Positions 49,344-60,994 of a DNA stretch of 64,000 bases are shown one piece after another (position 1 is the stretch's first letter; every line of letters begins with the position of its first letter). A program made the position numbers and the translations under genes. Source of the DNA: an uncultured Planctomycetaceae bacterium (GTDB lineage: Bacteria > Planctomycetota > Planctomycetia > Isosphaerales > Isosphaeraceae); assembly GCA_963833985.1 (NCBI GenBank), contig CAWIAD010000002.1:608001-672000 (forward strand), given 5' to 3'. The notes below the pieces were generated by a model. The model saw only the letters and a list, made by a program, of their open reading frames with translations. It did no database searches and had not been told where the DNA came from.

Positions 49344-50527
49344 ATGGCAAGTATTCAGACGATGATCGTGGGGGGCGTGAGAACGCCCATGGGCGCCTTC
49401 ATGGGGGCCCTTGCCGGAGTTCCGGCGGCCCATCTGGGGGCCAGTTGTGTCAAGGCGCTCCTGGAGCGTACGGGCGTGCCGCCTGACCGGGTGGATGAGG
49501 TGGTGATGGGCACCTGCATCGCCGCGGGCCAGGGAATGAACCCGGCACGGCAGGTGGCGATCCTCGGCGGCCTTGCCAAAACCACGCACGCGGTGACCAT
49601 CAACGAGGCCTGCGCCTCGGGGATGCGTGCCGCAATGCTCGTCGACCAGATAATCCGCGTGGGCGACGCGGGCGTGGGCATCGCCGGCGGCATGGAGAAC
49701 ATGAGCCGGCCGCCCTACATGCTGTTGAAGGGCCGCGAGGGCTACCGCCTGGGCAACAGCGAGGTGATCGACGCCCTGATGTACGACGGGCTCACCGACG
49801 CCTACAGTAACAAGCCGATGGGCACGTTCGCGGATCAGTGCGCGACCAAGTTCGGCATCACCCGGCAGCAGCAGGACGATTTCGCGGTCGAGAGCCACGC
49901 TCGAGCCGCAAGGCAGTCGCTGACAAGGTATTCGTGGATGAAATTGCTCCCGTGTCGATCACCGTCCGGGGCAAGACCAGCACGGTCGGCGAAGACGAGG
50001 GGCTGAACAAGTTCGACGAGGCGAAGATGCGCGGCCTGCGCGCCGCCTTCAACGCCGACGGCACGGTCACCGCCGGCAACGCCTCGAGCATCAACGACGG
50101 AGCCGCGGCGCTGTTGCTGGCCTCGGCCGAGAAGTGCCAGTCTCTGGGGTTGAAGCCCCAGGCCCGAATCGTCGGCGCAGCGATTCACAGTCAAGAGCCC
50201 GATTGGTTCACGACGGCACCCATCGGCGCGGTGAAAAAGCTGCTCGACAAGGTCGGCTGGAGCGTCTCCGAGGTCGATCTCTTCGAGCTCAATGAGGCGT
50301 TCGCCGTCGTCGCACTGGCCTGCGGTAGGGAGCTGGGGCTTACACCCGAGAAGACCAACATTTACGGCGGGGCTGTTCCTCTCGGCCACCCCATCGGCTG
50401 CAGTGGGGCGCGGATCCTGGTCACGCTGATGACGGGACTGAAGCGCACCGGCGGCAAGCGCGGCGTCGGCGCCCTCTGCGTGGGCGGCGGCGAGGGGATT
50501 GCGATGGCCATCGAGATGGTCGGCTGA
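49344..50527 (+). CDS. phaA: Acetyl-CoA acetyltransferase (thiolase); frameshift near 49905
   Basis: RTPMG, INEACASG, GGMENMS, NASSINDGAA, ELNEAF, GHPIGCSG, LCVGGG. Confidence 0.9.
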
Positions 50528-50555
50528 CCGTTCGCCCTGCCAGGAGAGAAGACCA

Positions 50556-50987
50556 ATGCCATCGACCGATACGAGGATCAAGCCAAACTCGAGCCCGGCC
50601 GCGGATCCCAGCGGCATGATCGCGTCGTTCTGGACCCAGTGGCTGGAGCAGTCGACGCGGGGAACGCAGGCACTGCTCGAGGCGGTGCAAGCCGCCGGCG
50701 ACCCGCAGCAGATTCAGCGCCACTGGGTCGACGCCGTCGCACGCAGCCTCGACGAATTCATGCGTACGCCCACGTTCCTCCAGCTCCTGAGCAATAACCT
50801 GAAGGCGATGACCGATCTGAAGGGAATGCAAGACCAGGTCATCCAGGATACGGCCCGGCATTTCGGACTGCCGCTCGCCGCGGATATCACCGGCCTGTTC
50901 GAGCGATTGCACAGCACCGAACAGACCATCCTCAGCCGGCTGGACGCCATCGAACAGCGGCTTGCCGGCATCGAATCCAAGCATTGA
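50556..50987 (+). CDS. Short PhaE-like PHA synthase subunit (143 aa)
   Basis: EFMRTPTF and GLPLAADITGLFERL plus coiled-coil C-terminus; lies between phaA and phaB. Confidence 0.65.
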   Translation: MPSTDTRIKPNSSPAADPSGMIASFWTQWLEQSTRGTQALLEAVQAAGDPQQIQRHWVDAVARSLDEFMRTPTFLQLLSNNLKAMTDLKGMQDQVIQDTARHFGLPLAADITGLFERLHSTEQTILSRLDAIEQRLAGIESKH

Positions 50988-51064
50988 GTGGACTGGCTAC
51001 AGCGATTGATCTCTCTGGTTCCGTTCGGAGCTCTTGAAAATGTCAACGGGCAGCGAAGCCCCCA

Positions 51065-51838
51065 GTGTCGGAAGAGGAATCCGCAGTACCGGATTTCACC
51101 CTGGCGGGAAAGAAGGCGTTTGTCACCGGTAGCTCGCGGGGGATCGGCCGGGCCGTTGCCCTGGCCCTGGCCCATGCAGGGGCTGATGTCGCCATCAGTT
51201 GCAACACAGGGGGCGCGGCCGCCGAGGAGGTCGTCTCCACGATCCGGAAGATGAACCGCAAGGCCCACTACTACGCGCACAACGTGGCCCTGGAGTCGGA
51301 AATCGAGGCGATGTGCAACGAGGTCAAGCGCGACTTCGGCACCATCGACATCCTCGTGAACAACGCGGCCATCAACCGCGACCGCACCTTCAAGAAGTTG
51401 ACCAAGGAGGCCTGGGACGAGGTCATCACCACCGACCTCACCAGCGTGTTCCTCGTCACCAAGCATTTCATCGACGCGATGGCCGAGCGGGGCTGGGGCC
51501 GTGTGATCAACATGTCCAGCATGTCGGGCGAAATCGGCAACTACGGGCAGGCCAACTACGCGGCCGCCAAGGCCGGCATGATCGGCCTGACCAAGACGCT
51601 CGCCCGCGAGTATGCCCGCAAGAGCGTCACCGTCAACGCCGTGGCGCCGGGGTTCACCCGCACCCGCATGACCGAAGGCATTCCCGACAAGGCAATGGAG
51701 CTGGTGCTGGCCGCAACCCCGTTAGGACGCATGGGTGAACCCGTTGAAATTGCTGCCGGGGTCGTCTACCTGGCCTCCCCATCGGCCGGCTTCGTCACCG
51801 GCCAGGTGCTCGACATCAACGGGGGGTTCGCGATGTAA
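51065..51838 (+). CDS. phaB: Acetoacetyl-CoA reductase
   Basis: TGSSRGIG, NNAAINRDRTFKK, GQANYAAAKAG; pha context. Confidence 0.85.
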   Translation: MSEEESAVPDFTLAGKKAFVTGSSRGIGRAVALALAHAGADVAISCNTGGAAAEEVVSTIRKMNRKAHYYAHNVALESEIEAMCNEVKRDFGTIDILVNNAAINRDRTFKKLTKEAWDEVITTDLTSVFLVTKHFIDAMAERGWGRVINMSSMSGEIGNYGQANYAAAKAGMIGLTKTLAREYARKSVTVNAVAPGFTRTRMTEGIPDKAMELVLAATPLGRMGEPVEIAAGVVYLASPSAGFVTGQVLDINGGFAM

Positions 51839-51988
51839 CCGTGCCCCGGCGCCCTCTGCCGGCTGCCGGGACGATCTCGGATGCGGGGGCCAGCTTGCCC
51901 GCCGGCCCCTGCTTTGCCCTGGACTCTTCGCCGCTCCTTCCGCGATACCGGCGGCAGCGACATGACTCGATCGGAAAGGCAAGACACC

Positions 51989-53128
51989 ATGGCCAATGAT
52001 ATGAGCGATATCGCTCTGGGACTCCAGAAAGAGTGGTTCAACCAGGCCCTCGCCCAGCAGAAGGCCCTCTACGAAACAACACTCAAGATGTGGAGCCGCC
52101 TCTTCGCGATCCCCAGGGTCGTCGACCAGGCGCGCGACGTCAAGGTCGGCACCACCCCCTCGGAGATCGTCTACGAGGAAGACTCCCTGCGCCTGGTCCG
52201 CTACCGTCGCGACACGCCGGCCGTCTACGCCGAGCCGGTTCTCATCTGCTACGCACTGGTCAACCGCCCCTATATCGTCGATCTCCAGTCCGATCGTAGC
52301 GTGGTCCGGCAGTTGCTGGCCCGTGGCTTCGAGGTCTACCTCATCGACTGGGGCGTCCCCTCGGCTGCCGACCGCAGCATGACCCTCAAGGATTACATCG
52401 ACGGTCTCATGAAGAACTGCGCCGAGGTCGTGCGCAAGCGTCACCAGGTCCAGAGCCTGCACCTGGTGGGCTACTGCATGGGCGGCACGATGTCGACCAT
52501 TTTCACCGCGCGCAACCCCGAGATCGTCAAGTCGCTCACCATCATGGCCGCGCCGATCGACTTCGGAGCGGGCAAGGACGAGTCGCTGGTGACTTTCTGG
52601 TCCAACCCCGACTACTTCGATGTCGACGCTCTGATCGACGCCTTCGGCAACGTACCGGCCACCTTCCTCCAGGCGAGCTTCGGCATGATGAAGCCGGTCC
52701 AGAACTACTACAGCAAGTACATCACCTTCTTCGACAAGATGGACGACGGGAAGTTCATCGAAAACTACTTTGCCATGGAGAAATGGGGCAACGATAACAT
52801 CCCGGTTGCCGGCGAGACCTTCCGCGAGTTCGTCAAGAAGCTCTACCAGCGCAACGAGCTCATCAAGGGCGAGTTCAAGCTGGGCGACGAGCTTGTCGAG
52901 CTGAGCAAGATCACCTGCCCGCTACAGATCCTCATGGCCAGCGCCGACCACCTGGTGCCGCCGTGTCAGAGCGAGTCCCTCAAGTCCCGGGTGGGCTCGA
53001 AGGACGTCAAGTGCCGGACGCTCGACGCCGGCCACATCGGCCTCTCGGTCAGCTCCAAGGCCCACAAGGCCTTCTGGCCCGAGGTTACCCAGTGGCTGGC
53101 TGACCGCTCTGGTCGCGTGAGCTACTGA
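51989..53128 (+). CDS. phaC: Class III PHA synthase catalytic subunit
   Basis: YALVNRPYIVDLQ, YLIDWG, GYCMGG (Cys), DHLVP (Asp), GHIG (His); 379 aa. Confidence 0.93.
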   Translation: MANDMSDIALGLQKEWFNQALAQQKALYETTLKMWSRLFAIPRVVDQARDVKVGTTPSEIVYEEDSLRLVRYRRDTPAVYAEPVLICYALVNRPYIVDLQSDRSVVRQLLARGFEVYLIDWGVPSAADRSMTLKDYIDGLMKNCAEVVRKRHQVQSLHLVGYCMGGTMSTIFTARNPEIVKSLTIMAAPIDFGAGKDESLVTFWSNPDYFDVDALIDAFGNVPATFLQASFGMMKPVQNYYSKYITFFDKMDDGKFIENYFAMEKWGNDNIPVAGETFREFVKKLYQRNELIKGEFKLGDELVELSKITCPLQILMASADHLVPPCQSESLKSRVGSKDVKCRTLDAGHIGLSVSSKAHKAFWPEVTQWLADRSGRVSY

Positions 53129-53835
53129 GGGGGCCTGAGCGCCTTCGCTTCCCAGGGTCGGGCGGAACTGAGAACGAGTGACCCTCAATGCACTCGTCGC
53201 CAGTTTCGCCTTTCTTTTTTCCGTCCTGAACCTGGATAGCCCGGCGATCGTTCGAGATACCCGGAAGTGGCCTACGGCTTCGAAGGCATCGCCTCGGGCG
53301 TGCGGGTTCCACGAAGTGAGGATTCCAGCTCGCGAACGAATGCGCCCGTTTCCCACCTCTCGCGAACACCGGCTGGCAGGATCATTCATGAGGTCCCGCA
53401 AGCTCAACCGGCGACACGCCTCGTCCAGAGCGAAGAACCATCGCGCCTCGCTTCGTTACCGCCACGAGCATGGCATGGAGCAGACGCTCTTCGTTACTGC
53501 CTCACGGGTAGAACACTGACAAGGTGATCGCGAGCCGCAGGCATCCCGCCATCTGACTTGCAGTATAAGGTCCAGTCTGAACGAATCCGAGATCGCTCCG
53601 TTCAATCATCTCCTACTTCGTTGAATAGCTCGCCCGAACGGGCCGGGATGACAAGCGCTTCTATCCTGTAAGCCAGATCGGGGACAAGTCTTGCCCAATA
53701 GCTCGGGCATCCAGGTCTCCCACCTCGGGTTGCTTCAAGCAAATGACCACTCGGCATGAAAAATGCTTCAAGTCTGTGCCTGAGTATGGCTGCAATCCAG
53801 CCGGCCCGAACGTCTCCCAGGCGGTATCAAACTCG

Positions 53836-54987
53836 ATGAATGTCTTCCACTGCGATCACTGCGACCAGCTTGTCTTCTTCGAGAACACCGTCTGCGTGAA
53901 GTGCGGGAACACGCTTGCCTATCTGCCGGACCTGGCCGACATGGGGTCGCTCTCGCCGGCGGGCGAGAACCTCTGGCGCTCACCCCTGCCCGTGACCGAA
54001 GGCCGTCTCTACCGCCTCTGCGAGAACTACACTGCGCACAATGTCTGCAACTGGGTGGTTCCCGAGGAAGATCCCAACATCTACTGCCAATCCTGTCGCT
54101 TGACGCGCGTCATCCCCAACCTCTCCAGGCCGGCGCACAAGGAGGCCTGGTACAAGCTCGAGGTGGCCAAGCGCCGGCTGATTTACAGCCTGCTTGTACT
54201 CGGCTGTCCCCTGGAGAGCAAGCTCGAGCAGCCCGAGAGCGGGCTGGCCTTCGAGTTCCTGGCCGATCCCGAGATCGAAGGCGAGCCCAAGGTCCTCACG
54301 GGCCACGCCGACGGCGTCATCACGCTGAACATCGCCGAGGCCGACGATCTGGAACGCGAACGCAGGCGGCTCGGACTGCACGAGCCGTACCGCACGCTGC
54401 TGGGCCATTTCCGGCACGAGGTCGGGCATTACTACTGGGATCGGCTGATCAAGGGCAGTCCCCGGATCGACGACTACCGTGAACTCTTCGGCGATGAGCG
54501 GCAAGACTACGCCCAGGCGCTTCAGCATCACTACAATTTCGGACCACGTGCCGACTGGCAAGACCGGCACGTCAGCGCCTACGCCAGCGTGCACCCATGG
54601 GAGGACTGGGCCGAGACCTGGGCGCACTACCTGCACATGACCGATACGCTCGAAACGGCATCGGCCTGCGGTCTGACCCTGAGGCCCGGCCGCGCCAATG
54701 AGCCCACGCTCAAGGAGCCTCCGCCCGCATTACCCGATGCGCGGTTCACGGCCTTTGACCGGCTGATCGACGCGTGGTACCCGCTCACCTATGTGCTCAA
54801 CAACCTCAACCGCGGCCTGGGGCTGCCGGACGGCTACCCGTTTGTGCTCTCACCGCCGGCGGTGGAGAAACTGAAGTTCGTGCACGAGACGGTGAATCCG
54901 GACAGCACGCGTGAGAGCCTGCCGTTCTGGGGCTTCCTGACCAGGCTCGCGAGGTCGGCGGCTCAATTGAATTTCATGATGGGCTGA
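53836..54987 (+). CDS. Zinc-ribbon plus putative zinc-binding metallopeptidase
   Basis: CDHCDQLVFFENTVC, EPYRTLLGHFRHEVGHYYW, HPWEDWAETWAHYLH. Confidence 0.88.
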   Translation: MNVFHCDHCDQLVFFENTVCVKCGNTLAYLPDLADMGSLSPAGENLWRSPLPVTEGRLYRLCENYTAHNVCNWVVPEEDPNIYCQSCRLTRVIPNLSRPAHKEAWYKLEVAKRRLIYSLLVLGCPLESKLEQPESGLAFEFLADPEIEGEPKVLTGHADGVITLNIAEADDLERERRRLGLHEPYRTLLGHFRHEVGHYYWDRLIKGSPRIDDYRELFGDERQDYAQALQHHYNFGPRADWQDRHVSAYASVHPWEDWAETWAHYLHMTDTLETASACGLTLRPGRANEPTLKEPPPALPDARFTAFDRLIDAWYPLTYVLNNLNRGLGLPDGYPFVLSPPAVEKLKFVHETVNPDSTRESLPFWGFLTRLARSAAQLNFMMG

Positions 54988-56950
54988 TCGACGGCGAGGC
55001 TGTCACCCGGCTTGGCCATCACCTCGGCGACCACGCAGTCGTTCTCGGCCCTGAGGATGTTCTGCATCTTCATGGCCTCGATGACGGCCAGGTTTTCCCC
55101 CGCGCGCACTTCCTGGCCCGGCGCGCCGCAACCTGGATCAGCAGGCCCGGCATGGGTGAGAGCAGGAACCTGGAGAGGTCCGGCGGAGGCTTGTCGGGCA
55201 TGAGTGCCAGCAGCTCCGCGGCGCGGCCCGTCATGACGATCGCATCAACCTGGGTGCCAAAGTGCATGACCCTGTATTTCAGGCCCATGCGCTCGATCTG
55301 CACGCAGATCGGGGTGCCGTTCCAGCTCCCGCGGAGCAAGATCTCGCCCAGCTTCCAGTGCGTGCGCAGCGAGCAGGTGCGGCCTTCGCAGGCGATCTCG
55401 CAGCCGTCCTCGAGCAGATCGACGGTCAGGTGGAATCGCTCGGACTGCATGAGCACGACCCATTCCCTGCCGACCCGGCGCTCGTGCCCCTTGAGCTGGC
55501 CGGTGATCCGCGTCGCCCGGTGGATGTACCTTCTGCGGGCGTAGGCGGCAACGGACGCCAGCAAGAGCGGGTCCTCGTGGCGGAGCGTCGAGGGATGGAA
55601 ACCCCTGGGGAACTCCTCGGCGATCAGGCCGGTGTGGATGTCGCCAGAGACGAACCGGGGGTGGCGAGTCAGCGCTGACTGGAACGCCAGGTTGGACGAG
55701 ACGCCACGGATGACGAAGGCATTGAGCGCATCCTGCATGCGGCCGATGGCCTCGCTGCGCGTCGCGCCGTGGGTGATCAGCTTCGCGATCATCGAATCAT
55801 AGTACATCGAGATCTCATCGCCCTCGAAAACGCCGGTATCGACGCGCACGGCACCGGGCTCCTCCGGGGGAGGCAGGAACCGCACCAGCCGGCCGGTTGA
55901 CGGAAGGAAGTTGCGGAACGGGTCCTCGGCGTTGACCCGGCACTCGATGGCCCAGCCGTCGCGGCGAATCTCTTCTTGCTTGAAGGGGAGCGGCTCGCCG
56001 GCGGCCACGCGGATCATCAATTCAACGATATCCAGCCCGGTGATGAGCTCCGTGACCGGGTGCTCCACCTGGAGCCGCGTGTTCATCTCCAGGAAGTAGA
56101 AGCTCCGGTCCTTGCCCACGACGAACTCGACGGTCCCGGCCGACTGGTAGTGCACCGCCCTGGCCAGCGCCACGGCTTGCTCGCCCATGGCCCGGCGCGT
56201 CGCCTCGTCGAGAAATGGGCTCGGCGCCTCCTCGATGACCTTCTGATGCCGGCGCTGGATCGAGCACTCGCGTTCCCAGAGGTAGACCACGCTTCCGACC
56301 GCGTCGCCCAGAACCTGAATCTCGATATGCCGCGGTTCCTCGACGAACTTCTCGATGAAGACGCGGTCATCACCGAAGGCGTTTTTGGCCTCGGCCTGGC
56401 AGGACGTGAAGCCCTCCGCGGCCTCCTTGTCGTTCCAGGCCACGCGCAGTCCGCGGCCCCCGCCGCCGGCGGACGCCTTGATCATCACCGGATAGCCGAG
56501 CTTCCGCGCAATCTCGACTGCCTGCGCGGGAATCTCGATCGGGTCGTTGTAGCCGGGAATCGTGTTCACCCGGGCGTCCCGGGCGAGCCTCTTGGAGGCG
56601 ATCTTGTCTCCCATCGCCGCGATGGACTCGTGCTTGGGGCCGATGAAGATGATGCCTTCGCGCTCCAGCCGGCGGGCGAACTCCTCGTTCTCGGAGAGAA
56701 AGCCGTAACCCGGATGGAGGGCCTCGGCGCCAGTCTCCTTGCAGGCGGCTATGATGCGATCGATCGCCAGGTACGACTCCTTCGTCGGCGGCGGCCCGAT
56801 GCAGACCGACTCGTCGGCAAGATCGACATGCCGTGCGATCTTGTCGGCCTGGGAGTACACGGCCACGGTGCGGATGCCCATCCTGCGCGCGGTCTTGATG
56901 ACGCGGCAGGCGATCTCTCCTCGATTGGCGATCAGGATTTTCTGAAACAT
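54963..56950 (-). CDS. pccA: Propionyl-CoA carboxylase alpha (biotin carboxylase + biotinyl domain); frameshift near 55122
   Basis: KILIANRGEIACR, HPGYGFLSEN, ERECSIQRRHQK, EMNTRLQVEH; shifted frame gives EAMKM and stop at 54963. Confidence 0.92.
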
Positions 56951-57058
56951 GGCTGCCTCGCAAGTCAGTGTGCACAGATCCGCCGAGGACCGAGCGGCGA
57001 TCGGTCACCGGCGCTGACACCACGTTGTGTCCTGCCACTCCGCCGCGCTTCCGGCGTC

Positions 57059-58591
<1,533 letters not shown>

Positions 58592-58694
58592 GAGGCACCT
58601 CGGCGAATCAGGATAAATGCGATCTTGTGTGACGGCGATCGTGTACCCGCGAGGAAGAACCCTTTCCCTGCCGCGCGACGGCCTGCCGCGGTTG

Positions 58695-59712
58695 TCACTC
58701 CCCTTTCCGTGTGCCGTCGAGGTATCCCAGGAGACGGTGGGCCGCGGCGGTGGGGCTTTGCGTGCCGGCCGCCACGGCGCGGCTGATCGCCTCGAGGTTG
58801 TGCTTCACCTGGAGGTTCTGCTGGAACCCCGCGCAGCGCGCCGTCGATCAGCGCCCACATCCAGTCCACCGCCTGCCGTTGCCGCTTGGTTTCCAGCTCA
58901 CCGGTCTCGGTCATGACCTTGTGAAAGCGTTCCAGCTCATGCCAGAACGTGTCAATGCCCTCACCGGTCAACGCGCTCAGCGTGAGCACGGGTGGACGCC
59001 AGTGGGCCGACGCGCTGCGCAGCATCGAGAGCGCCCCCACGAACTGGTGCTTCGCCAGGGCGGCCGCCTTGGCGTCGATGTCGGCCTTGGTGATGACGAT
59101 GATGTCGGCCAGCTCGACGATCCCTTTCTTGATCGCCTGCAAGTCGTCGCCTGCATTGGGAAGCTGGAGCAGTACGAACGCGTCGACCATGCCGGCGACC
59201 GTCGTCTCCGACTGGCCGACGCCCACGGTCTCCACCAGGATGACATCGAAGCCGGCCGCCTCGCAGACCAGCATCGCCTCACGCGTCTTCTCGGCCACGC
59301 CGCCCAGTGAACCGCGCGACGGCGAGGGCCGGATGAACGAGTTCGGCTCCTGGCAAAGCCGCTCCATACGCGTCTTGTCGCCCAGGATCGATCCGCCCGA
59401 GATCGTGCTGGACGGATCGACGGCCAGGACCGCGACCCGATGCCCCTGGGCAATCACATGCAGCCCCAGCGCCTCGATGAACGTGGATTTTCCCGAGCCC
59501 GGCGCTCCACTGATTCCCAGCCGGAGCGAGCCCCCCGTGCGCGGCAGGATCGCCTCCACCACGGCCTCGGCACGCGCCTGGTGATCGCGCCGTTGCGACT
59601 CCAGCAGAGTGATGGTCTTGGCCAGCGCCCGGGTCTGACGCGCGAGTACGCCTTCAACCAGCTTCTGGTCGGCGGCCTCGAGCAGTAGCTTGCCGGTCGC
59701 GTTGTCTTTCAT
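58695..59712 (-). CDS. meaB: Methylmalonyl-CoA mutase-associated GTPase; frameshift near 58830
   Basis: [36 protein letters not shown]; the corrected frame ends [10 protein letters not shown]. Confidence 0.92.
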
Positions 59713-59868
59713 CGTACGGAATGCAGCGCCAGGCGGCTCCGGCCTGCCCCTGTTCGGCAGGGATGCAGGGCGAACCTCATTATGAAGCCGCCCCAGGCCG
59801 GAAGCCAGTCTCCCGTCGCCGCGATCGCCACGAATCCCAGCCTGACCGTGATAGGCGCGCCACGGCGG

Positions 59869-60860
59869 TCAGACCGTCACGACGACCTTGCCGACCTGCT
59901 GGTTGGATTCCAGGAAGCGGTGGGCCTCGACGATTTCAGCGAGCGGGAACGTCCGGGCGATGATCGGCTTCAGACGGCCCTCGGCGAGCCCTTCGTTGAC
60001 AAATTGCTTGCCTCGTTCCAGGCGCTGCGGGTCCCCCGTGATCTCCATCAGGACGTAGCCGCGGATGGTCAGCCACTTGCTCAGCGTCTCCATCAAGGGC
60101 AGGGGAGTCGGCTCCGTACTCAAGGCACCGTAGAGGAAGACCGTGCCCCGATGGGACGCCGCCTGGGCGAGCTTCGCGAAGGTGGGACCGCCAACGGGGT
60201 CGAAGATGACGCGAGCGCCCTTACCGCCGGTAATACGCTTCACTTCCTGCACCAGGTCCTGCTCGTCGGTGACGACCACGTGCGCCGCTCCGGCGTCGCT
60301 GATGGCCTGCCGCTTCGATGCTCCGCGCGTGAGGGCGATGGGCACCGCCTGCACCTTGTTGGCGATCTGGATGGCGGCCAGCCCGACGCTGCTCGACGCC
60401 GCGGGGATGACGACGAACTCGCCCGCCTGGAGCGCCGCCGATGTCGATGAGTGCGCCGTAGGCCGTGAGATACTGCATCCAGACGGCCGCCGCCTCTTCC
60501 CACGACAGTGACGCGGGGTGGTGGACCACGGCATGGACGGGCGCATTTGCCAGCTCGCCGTAGAGCCCGTAGGCGTTCAGCGAGAAGCTCGGAATCGTGC
60601 TCACCGCATCGCCCACCTGGAAACCCTGAACCCCCGGCCCGATCGCTGCGACCGCTCCAGCCGCCTCGTACCCCAGGCGAGCGGGAAGCTTCGGCTCCTC
60701 CAGGTATTGCCCGCTGCGGAACATCGCCTCGGCGCGGTTCAGCCCCAGGGCGTGAACGCGGATCTGAACCTCACCCGGGCCGGGCGGAGGCACGTCGATC
60801 TCTTCCAGCTTGAGCACCTCGGGACCACCGACGGCATGAAATCGCACGACGCTGCGCCAT
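59869..60860 (-). CDS. MDR-family NADPH:quinone oxidoreductase-like protein; frameshifts near 60853 and 60437
   Basis: VVRFHAVGGPEVL, GLNRAEAMFRSG, LGYEAAG, AASSSVGLAAIQ, GKVVV. Confidence 0.88.
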
Positions 60861-60994
60861 GGCTCTCTCCTGATGTCAGGAATTCGAAAGCGGACGGTTT
60901 TCCTGGATTCTAGACAACGGGGCAAGGGGGTGAACGCACTGGCTCCCCGGGCCGACCCCGGCAATGACATGCCGGAGGTTCTCCAGGCGCAAGC

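Noticed and set aside
34533..53128. glgC and pha genes as a joint carbon-storage island
   Set aside because: About 13 kb of unrelated genes lie between them; no evidence of linkage.
53129..53835. 700-bp gap with small ORFs after phaC
   Set aside because: No convincing RBS, motif or RNA structure.
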